Below, piece by piece: positions 57,629 through 64,000 of a stretch of DNA of 64,000 nucleotides. Each line of letters starts with the position of its first letter. Position 1 is the stretch's first letter. This DNA comes from an uncultured Verrucomicrobiae bacterium (lineage in GTDB: Bacteria > Verrucomicrobiota > Verrucomicrobiia > Limisphaerales > UBA8199), in the NCBI GenBank assembly GCA_963762555.1, contig CAVXLO010000033.1, forward strand, positions 2,158 to 66,157, in the 5' to 3' direction. The notes under the pieces were generated by a model. It saw only the letters and a list, made by a program, of their open reading frames with translations. It did no database searches and had not been told where the DNA came from. The position numbers and the translations under genes were made by a program.

Positions 57629-58708
57629 TCAACCCTTGAGGGCCGCCAACTTCTCCTCCAAATCGTGCATCATCAGCGGCTCGATCACCGGATCAATAGC
57701 CCCCTCCATCAGGAACGGCAGGCTATGCAGCGTCAGGCCGATGCGATGGTCGGTGAGCCGGTTCTGCGGGAAATTATAGGTGCGGATGCGCTCGTTGCGT
57801 TCGCCGGTGCCGACCTGCTCTTTGCGCTGGTCGGCGTATTTCTTGTTCTCCTCCTCGACCTTCCGTTCGAGCAGGCGCGACCGCAGCACCGTCAGGGCCC
57901 GCGCCTTGTTCTTCTGCTGCGAGCGCTGGTCGGCGCAACGCACAATCAGCCGTGTGGGCTTGTGGAGAATCTGGACGGCGGAGTCGGTCGTGTTGACCCC
58001 CTGGCCGCCAGGGCCCGAGGCTCGGCATACCGTGATCTCCAAATCCTCCGGCTTGATCTCGACATCCACTTCCTCGGCCTCCGGGAGCACCGCCACCGTG
58101 CAGGTGCTGGTATGAATTCGCCCCTGCGCCTCGGTAGCCGGCACGCGCTGGACCCGGTGCACCCCGCTCTCATACTTGAGGCGCTTATAGACGTCCGTGC
58201 CATTGATTTGGAAGATGATCTCCTTGTAGCCCCCGAGGTCCGATGGGCTGGAATCCAGGTTCTCGAACTTCCACCCGCGCGCTTCCGCATAGCGAGTGTA
58301 CATCCGGTAGAGGTCCGCCGCGAACAAGGCCGACTCCTGCCCCCCGGCCCCGGCGCGGATTTCGACAATCGTGTTGCGTGAGTCCGCCGGGTCAGGCGGC
58401 ACAAGGCCCCGCTGAAGCTCGAGTGCCAGGCGCTGCTCCTCCGCCTCGAGTCGCGCGATTTCCTCCTTCGCCATTTGGGCCAGTTCGGATTCCGCCGGTT
58501 CGGCTTGCAGCAGCGCGCGGTTCTCGGCCAGGTCCGCCACCACCTTGAGGTAAGCCTGGCCGTGCCCCACGAGTTCTTTGAGCCGGGCGTACTCCTTGCC
58601 CAGCTCCTGCGCGCGCTGCGGATTGTCGAACGCCTTGGGATCGCTCAAGGCGGCTTCGACCTCCGCCAGCCGGCGGGAGAACTTCTCGATGTGGGGACGC
58701 AAGTCCAT
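57629..58708 (-). CDS. prfA: Peptide chain release factor 1
   Basis: RVPATE carries the PxT-type (PAT) tripeptide. SGPGGQGVNTTDSAV is the GGQ motif. 359 aa, intact. Confidence 0.95.
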   Translation of the reverse strand: MDLRPHIEKFSRRLAEVEAALSDPKAFDNPQRAQELGKEYARLKELVGHGQAYLKVVADLAENRALLQAEPAESELAQMAKEEIARLEAEEQRLALELQRGLVPPDPADSRNTIVEIRAGAGGQESALFAADLYRMYTRYAEARGWKFENLDSSPSDLGGYKEIIFQINGTDVYKRLKYESGVHRVQRVPATEAQGRIHTSTCTVAVLPEAEEVDVEIKPEDLEITVCRASGPGGQGVNTTDSAVQILHKPTRLIVRCADQRSQQKNKARALTVLRSRLLERKVEEENKKYADQRKEQVGTGERNERIRTYNFPQNRLTDHRIGLTLHSLPFLMEGAIDPVIEPLMMHDLEEKLAALKG

Positions 58709-58769
58709 GACCTAAAACAAATCCGCCCGCAAAGACACAGATCCTGCGGGCGGACAAAGGCGGGAGCCG

Positions 58770-59012
58770 TTAGCGCTTCTTCTTGCGGCTGGCTGCGGCC
58801 GCCTGGGCGGCCTGCGTCTTGGCCATGCGCTGCTGGAACTTATCCACGCGCCCAGCCGTATCCACGAACTTCTGCTGGCCGGTGTAGAAGGGATGGCACG
58901 CGTTGCAAATACCCAGGATGATGACCGGCTTGGTGGAACGCGTCTTGATCACGTTGCCGCACGCGCAACGAATCTCCGCATCCCCATACTTCGGATGTAT
59001 TTTCTCTTTCAT
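58770..59012 (-). CDS. rpmE: 50S ribosomal protein L31
   Basis: MKEKIHPKY...CACGN...[24 protein letters not shown] is the canonical L31 sequence with a Zn-binding Cys pair. Confidence 0.95.
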   Translation of the reverse strand: MKEKIHPKYGDAEIRCACGNVIKTRSTKPVIILGICNACHPFYTGQQKFVDTAGRVDKFQQRMAKTQAAQAAAASRKKKR

Positions 59013-59065
59013 AAAAGGCCGGCCAAAATACCACCCCCCGCCTGAATGACAAGCCCGAAGTCAGC

Positions 59066-60247
59066 CTAAACTCCGCCAATCCATTTGCGCTCTTCCCACA
59101 CGGCCTTCAGCGACGTCAGGTTCCGGGAGTCAAAGACGTTCTTCGCCGCGGCGATGAGCTTGCCCCGGCGCAAGTTGTTCCAGGCGTCGCTGGCGCTGAT
59201 CGCGACGAACTGGAGCACGCTCGGGTCGCGGTAACAATCAATCATGCACCGCGTGCAGCCGTCGCGAATGAGCTTCGAGCTGGTCAAAGTCGTAAATGTT
59301 GCACATGGGTGTCTCCCAGAAGTGGCACCGGTAGAGGTTCAGGTTCCAATCCAGGTAGAAGTACTTATGACCGCCCAGGCAGCCGAACCTTTCCGGCTCC
59401 CGCCGCAAGTGCCGCTGCATCTCGGTCAGCGACTCGGCCGGATTGACCACCGGGAAGCCGCTGCGCTGTCTTCATCCGTTTGATGCGCTCGAACACCTGG
59501 ATCAACTCCTCGGTCTTGTAGCTGACCAGGCTGGAATCGCTGAAGCTCAGGTAGCTCGAAGCCAGGCTGCTGAGCGGGTAGCTGAAGGTGCAGCTCTTGA
59601 AGCCCAGTTCGGTGAGGAACGCCGGCAGCTTGTCGTAATCCTCAATCAGCTTGCTGGCCGTGACGCTCGCAGTGGTTTGCACGCCCAGCTCGTGGAACAC
59701 TTCGTTCGCCCGTTTGATCTTGCGGCACACATCCGGCAGCCCGCGGTTCTTCTCGTGCTTCGCCACGTCGTGCGCGTCAATGGACATGATCACGCTGCAC
59801 AGCCCGTCCGCGGCCAGCTCCCGCATGTTCTGCTCCGTCCAGAGCGAGCCGTTGGTGCAGATCATCGGGATGAATGCCCGCGCTCAGCCGCGTAACGCGT
59901 CATCGCCCGCAGGTCCTTGTGCACCAGCGGTTCCCCGCCGACGAACAGCAGGTAGCCGATGTGGTTCCGCAGGGCAGATGTCGATCACGTCCCGCGCCTC
60001 CTGCAAGCGTGACGCTCCGGCGCTGCTTGGGATCGAACCGGTCCACTGCAAAGCCGCAGAAGTCGCACTTGGCGTTGCAGATGTTGGTGATGGCGAACTG
60101 CAGGTACCCCGGCCCGCCGTCGTGGAGCACCTCGCCGATCAGCTTGAACACGCCCTTCGTGGGCCGCGGCACAGGAGGCGCGGCTTGGGCGGCGCCGGCT
60201 ACCTGGGCAGACGGCGCGTTGGAACTGGTTAACGTAGCGGTGCTCAT
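59066..60247 (-). pseudogene. Radical SAM protein, at least 5 frameshifts
   Basis: LQFAITNICNAKCDFCGF is the CxxxCxxC cluster. It is followed by LQEARDVIDI / NHIGYLLFVGGEPLVHKDL / MICTNGSLWTEQNMRELA...SIDAHD / HKYFYLDWNLNLYRCHF / GCTRCMIDCYRD in successive different frames. Confidence 0.7.
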
Positions 60248-60508
60248 GCTGATAGATTCGCCCATCTTGTCGGGAATGCCAGTTTCGGCGCAATCCTTTC
60301 TTCCCGGCCCAGGAGGATACAACTGCCTGTCGAAATTCCCGTCTCCTCCGCGACGTCCGCGCATGAGTTGGCGTCCGGTTGGATTGACCCTCAGCCAGAA
60401 GTTGAAGAAGATAGGCCCATGAAACCAGGATTCCTTGTCTTGGCGTTTGTGACACCAAAGTGTTCGAGGACATCGTTACCCGCCAATTGGTAGCTTGTGT
60501 AGCCAGCA

Positions 60509-62707
60509 ATGGAACTGCGTGATTTTGCCGAACAGGTCTTGTTCGCGACGACCCTGGACGAGAAGCTCCAGTCGCCGGCGGTCGTCACCGATGACCGCCC
60601 CGGGGCCCCGCTGCTCACGCCCCAGGCTCCCGGCCGGCCGGCCGAGTTGCGCTTCAAACCGCAAGGCGCGGGCAAGGCGGACTTTCCGGGTGTGCATCGG
60701 CTCGATCGGGAGCAGGAACGCGGACGCCTGCTGCACTTCTTCGCCAACCACGAGCTGCTCGCCACCGAGTTGATGGCGCTGGCGCTTCTGCGCTTCCCGG
60801 ACGCGCCTGCCGCCTTTCGCCGTGGCGTTTGGCAGACCCTCAAGGACGAGCAGCTTCATGCCCGCCTCTACGTACAGCGCATGCGGCAATGCGGGATTGA
60901 GTTCGGCGAGCTTCCCGTCAGTGGCTATTTCTGGCGCTCCGTGGCCCCGATGGAGAGTCCGCTGGATTACGTCGCCGGGCTGTGTTTGACATTCGAACAG
61001 GCGAACCTCGACTTCTGCCGTTACTTCGCGCGCGGGTTTCAAGCGGTAGGCGACAGTGACACATCCGGCTTGCTCGACCGCATCTACCGCGATGAAATCG
61101 GGCACGTCGCCTATGGCTTGAAATGGTTCCGCCGCTGGAAGAATCCCGACCAGAGCGACTGGGAGGCGTTCTGCCGGCAATTGAAGTTCCCCCTCTCCCC
61201 CCAGCGGGCCAAAGGACTGACGCTCAACGTCGAGGGTCGGCGCGCGGCCGGGCTGGACCCGGCGTTCATCGCCGAGCTGAACGTCTATTCACAGTCCAAA
61301 GGCCGCACCCCCAGTGTCTTTGTGTTCAATCCTTTCGCCGAGGGGCACATCGCTCACGGCAAGAGTTTCACTCCGGTGAAGCACCAGACGATGCTCGCCA
61401 GCGACCTGACCAACCTGCCGCAGTTCCTCTGCCGGTCGGATGACATCGTGCTGCTGGCGAAACGGCCGTCGGTTGAGTTCTTGAGCGCCGTCAAGCAAGC
61501 GGGCTTCCCACTGCCGGAGTTTGTCGAACTAAGAGAGGGCCGCATTGATCCGGCCGGCGGTTTCTGTGAGCGAAAGATCGGCAGTTTGCGGCCCTGGGCC
61601 TGGGGGCCGGACAGTATGGAACTGCTCGAACCGCTTTTTGCCAGGGTGACCGGCGAAGAGCGCATGGCGAGCCAGCGTTTCAACGAACGCATGGCCCGGC
61701 TTTATTCCAAGGCCTGGAGCGCTAACTTCCTTAGAACAGTGTTAGCTCGTAGCCGCCGAGGCAACGAGGCCCATCCCCCTGAAGCGACAAGGCGGAGCCT
61801 CCTGGCGCGGGCCTGGGCCGAACCCTGGCTTTGCGCCGAGGATGAGGCGGGCGTGGCGGTGGACACACTCGAAGGCGCTCTCGAAGCCATTGCCGCGATT
61901 CGCCGGCGCGGTCATCACCGGGTCGTGGCCAAGGAAGCCCACGGTTTGGCGGGCCACAACGCGATTCGGTTGTGGGAACCGGAGGTGTTGGCGGCCCAGC
62001 GGCGCTGGCTGGCCCATGCCCTGCAGGATGGCCGCCAGGTGGTCATCGAACCCTGGCTGGAGCGTGGCTTGGATTTCTCCGTCCAGTTGGAGATGGGGCC
62101 GCGCAGCCTGAAGCTCTGCGGCTACACCGGCCTGATCAACGACCCCAAGGGACAGTTCCATGCCAACTGGGCGGCGGCCAACTACGACCGCCGCATTCCT
62201 GCGGCGGTGGCCACGCTGTTCCGCGAGCCGGCGGACATTTCGGGCCGCCTCCAACGCCTCTATGGCGACATCTTTTCACTGCTCGAAGCTGAGCTGCAAA
62301 GCGTCGGCTTTGTCGGGCCGGTCGGCATCGACGCCTTCGTGTATCACACGCCCCAGGGCGGTTGCCGGCTTAAGCCCGTCGTGGAAATCAATCCCCGCTA
62401 CACCATGGGCCGCCTGACCCTGGAGCTGATGAAACAAACGTGTCCGGGGAGCTGCGGCCTGTTCCGCCTCGTCAGCCGGGCGCAGGCGCGCGCGGAGGGC
62501 TTTGCGGATTTCGCCGGCTACGCCCGTTCGTTGAACGAGCGCTTTCCCCTGCGCCTCGAAGGGGAACCCGTGCCCAAAATCCGAGAAGGCGCCCTCTGTC
62601 TGAATGACCCGGGGCGGGCGCAAGCGTGCCTTGGGACCTTTCAGGTCAGCCGCAAGCTGAATCCGCCCGTGGGCACCGCCGCGGGTGATGAGAGAGGCTT
62701 TACTTGA
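60509..62707 (+). CDS. DUF455 (ferritin-like) domain fused to an ATP-grasp-like C-terminal region
   Basis: The N-terminus reads ...LLHFFANHELLATELMALALLRFPDAP..FRRGVWQTLKDEQLHARLY...IYRDEIGHVAYG (DUF455 pattern). The C-terminus reads ...VVAKEAHGLAGHNAIRLW...VVIEPWLERGLDFSVQ...GPVGIDAFVY...VVEINPRYTMG (ATP-grasp-like). Confidence 0.6.
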   Translation: MELRDFAEQVLFATTLDEKLQSPAVVTDDRPGAPLLTPQAPGRPAELRFKPQGAGKADFPGVHRLDREQERGRLLHFFANHELLATELMALALLRFPDAPAAFRRGVWQTLKDEQLHARLYVQRMRQCGIEFGELPVSGYFWRSVAPMESPLDYVAGLCLTFEQANLDFCRYFARGFQAVGDSDTSGLLDRIYRDEIGHVAYGLKWFRRWKNPDQSDWEAFCRQLKFPLSPQRAKGLTLNVEGRRAAGLDPAFIAELNVYSQSKGRTPSVFVFNPFAEGHIAHGKSFTPVKHQTMLASDLTNLPQFLCRSDDIVLLAKRPSVEFLSAVKQAGFPLPEFVELREGRIDPAGGFCERKIGSLRPWAWGPDSMELLEPLFARVTGEERMASQRFNERMARLYSKAWSANFLRTVLARSRRGNEAHPPEATRRSLLARAWAEPWLCAEDEAGVAVDTLEGALEAIAAIRRRGHHRVVAKEAHGLAGHNAIRLWEPEVLAAQRRWLAHALQDGRQVVIEPWLERGLDFSVQLEMGPRSLKLCGYTGLINDPKGQFHANWAAANYDRRIPAAVATLFREPADISGRLQRLYGDIFSLLEAELQSVGFVGPVGIDAFVYHTPQGGCRLKPVVEINPRYTMGRLTLELMKQTCPGSCGLFRLVSRAQARAEGFADFAGYARSLNERFPLRLEGEPVPKIREGALCLNDPGRAQACLGTFQVSRKLNPPVGTAAGDERGFT

Positions 62708-62806
62708 TCGTCCGACGATGTTCGGCGTTCGCCGGAGGCGAAAAGGTATGTTATGGTTCCTGTTATCCGGGGTTATGTTTCAACCGCCGTTCATAGTTGA
62801 TGTCGT

Positions 62807-64000
62807 ATGAACGCCAGGAAGCTGGAAAGCGAAGGTGGCGTTGTCACCGTTGAGCCCCCGCGGCTCGAACTGGTGCGCGGGGACCCTGCTCCACCCGACC
62901 GCCCCTGGACGGAGAAGGCGCTGGCCGGAGAGAAGCGGGTGCTGGAGATGATCGCGGGTGGGGGTTCCTTTCCCGCAATTCTCGACGCTCTACGGCGCAG
63001 CGAGGCCTATCTGGCGGAAGCCCAGAAGCTGAGCCACACCGGGAGTTTCGGCTGGAACGTGGCTACCGGGAAACTGGTGTGGTCCGCCGAAACGGTTTGC
63101 ATCCTCGGATACGAGTCCTGCGTAGCGCCGACGCTGGAGCTGGTGCTGAATCGGGTTCATCCCGACGACCTGGCGCTGGTCCGGCAGATGATGGATGCCG
63201 CATCCCGCAAAGCAACAAGTCTGGACTTTGAACACCGGCTGCTGCTCCCGGACGGCTCGGTCAAGCATCTCCATGTCCTGGCCCATCCGGCCAGGAATGG
63301 TTCCGGGGAGGTTGAGTTCGTTGGCGCGGTGATGGACGTGACGGAGCGGAAACGGGCGGAGGCCCTGGTGGCGGGTGAGAAACGGCTTTTGGAGATGATC
63401 GCCCGAGGTGTCGCTCTCCCGCCCATACTGGAGGCGCTCTGCCGATTTGGCGAGGAGATGTCCGGCGATGCGCTGGTTTCCATCCTCCTGGTCAGCCCCG
63501 ACGGCAAGACTCTGCGACATGGGGCCGCGCCTGGCCTGCCGCCGCGCTACACTGAGGCCATTGACGGCGGGCTGATTGGGCCTCGCGCGGGTTCTTGCGG
63601 AACTGCCGCTTACCGGAGAGAACCGGTAATCGTTTCCGATATCGCTACCGACCCGCTGTGGGACCAGTACCGCCATCTGGCTCTGGAGCATGGGCTCCGG
63701 GCCTGCTGGTCCACGCCCATTTTCTCCACCACCCACGAAGTCATGGGAACGTTCGCGCTGTATTCGCGCAAATCCGGCATTCCCACGCCGGAGCAGCGGA
63801 ATCTGATCGAGCAAATGACTCACCTGGCAGCGGTCGCCGTCGAGCGCGAACGCGCGGAACAGGCCCTGCGCCGGAGCGAATCCCGCTTCGAAGGCATCCT
63901 GAGAATCGCCGAAGACGCGATTATCTCCGTTGACTCCAGCCAGCGCATCCTGCTGTTTAATCAGGGTGCCGAGAAGGTCTTCGGATATTCCGCCAGTGAG
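62807..64000 (+). CDS. PAS-GAF-PAS sensor protein (probably a histidine kinase), 3' end outside the window
   Basis: Not in the ORF track (no stop), but 398 codons are open from ATG 62807. PAS: SFGWNVATGKLVWSAETVCILGY...HPDD...FEHRLLLPDGSVKHLHV. GAF: ...ILLVSPDGKTLRHGAAPGLP...GSCGTAAYRREPVIVSDIATDPLW...ACWSTPI. Second PAS: SESRFEGILRIAEDAIISVD. Confidence 0.8.
   Translation, partial: MNARKLESEGGVVTVEPPRLELVRGDPAPPDRPWTEKALAGEKRVLEMIAGGGSFPAILDALRRSEAYLAEAQKLSHTGSFGWNVATGKLVWSAETVCILGYESCVAPTLELVLNRVHPDDLALVRQMMDAASRKATSLDFEHRLLLPDGSVKHLHVLAHPARNGSGEVEFVGAVMDVTERKRAEALVAGEKRLLEMIARGVALPPILEALCRFGEEMSGDALVSILLVSPDGKTLRHGAAPGLPPRYTEAIDGGLIGPRAGSCGTAAYRREPVIVSDIATDPLWDQYRHLALEHGLRACWSTPIFSTTHEVMGTFALYSRKSGIPTPEQRNLIEQMTHLAAVAVERERAEQALRRSESRFEGILRIAEDAIISVDSSQRILLFNQGAEKVFGYSASE

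Overview
High-GC bacterial chromosome segment. The gene content looks like Verrucomicrobiota or another PVC lineage (inference): a prepilin-type H-X9-DG protein, a 919-aa LamG protein, a ThuA/Gfo-Idh-MocA/DUF362 cluster and a beta-propeller NarL-type kinase.

Three zones:

(1) 1-22.5 kb is a mobile-DNA graveyard.
- A NIPSNAP gene is hit by an IS630-family element (TA duplication) and by a 3.4-kb four-ORF IS21-family element.
- A second, truncated IS21 copy lies in inverted orientation.
- Between the two copies sits a recombinase-in-trio (RIT) tyrosine-recombinase element with a truncated first gene.
- Also present: a heavily frameshifted TniA/Mu-type transposase + TniB/ExeA-type ATPase + AAA_25 ATPase module, a wHTH + nucleotidyltransferase pair, HipA and esterase fragments, and a decayed integrase.
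- tRNA-Val(GAC) is followed by an IS1595-family element with a perfect 8-bp duplication.
- A 63-nt module occurs as a half copy at 11260 and as a 127-nt perfect palindrome at 19266.

(2) 22.7-34.8 kb is a ~12-kb island bounded by 20-bp perfect direct repeats.
- Left end: an 11-bp-period repeat array and leftward HTH/XRE genes.
- Middle: a rightward block of ORFans, including a Mu gpI-like protease domain and a ~520-aa coiled-coil membrane protein.
- Right end: a MuA/TniA-like transposase and a MuB/TniB-like ATPase reading toward the boundary.
- This is my best candidate for an undescribed element.

(3) 34.8-64 kb is ordinary chromosome: HK/RR/GH97, pilin-like + LamG, ThuA cluster, tandem YceI genes, DegT, proC, an AI-2E transporter, prfA, rpmE, a DUF455-ATP-grasp fusion and a PAS/GAF sensor. 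It is punctuated by unusual long palindromes whose arms are built from short tandem repeats.

About 40 frame disruptions are distributed very unevenly across the window. No CRISPR array, rRNA or reverse transcriptase was seen.
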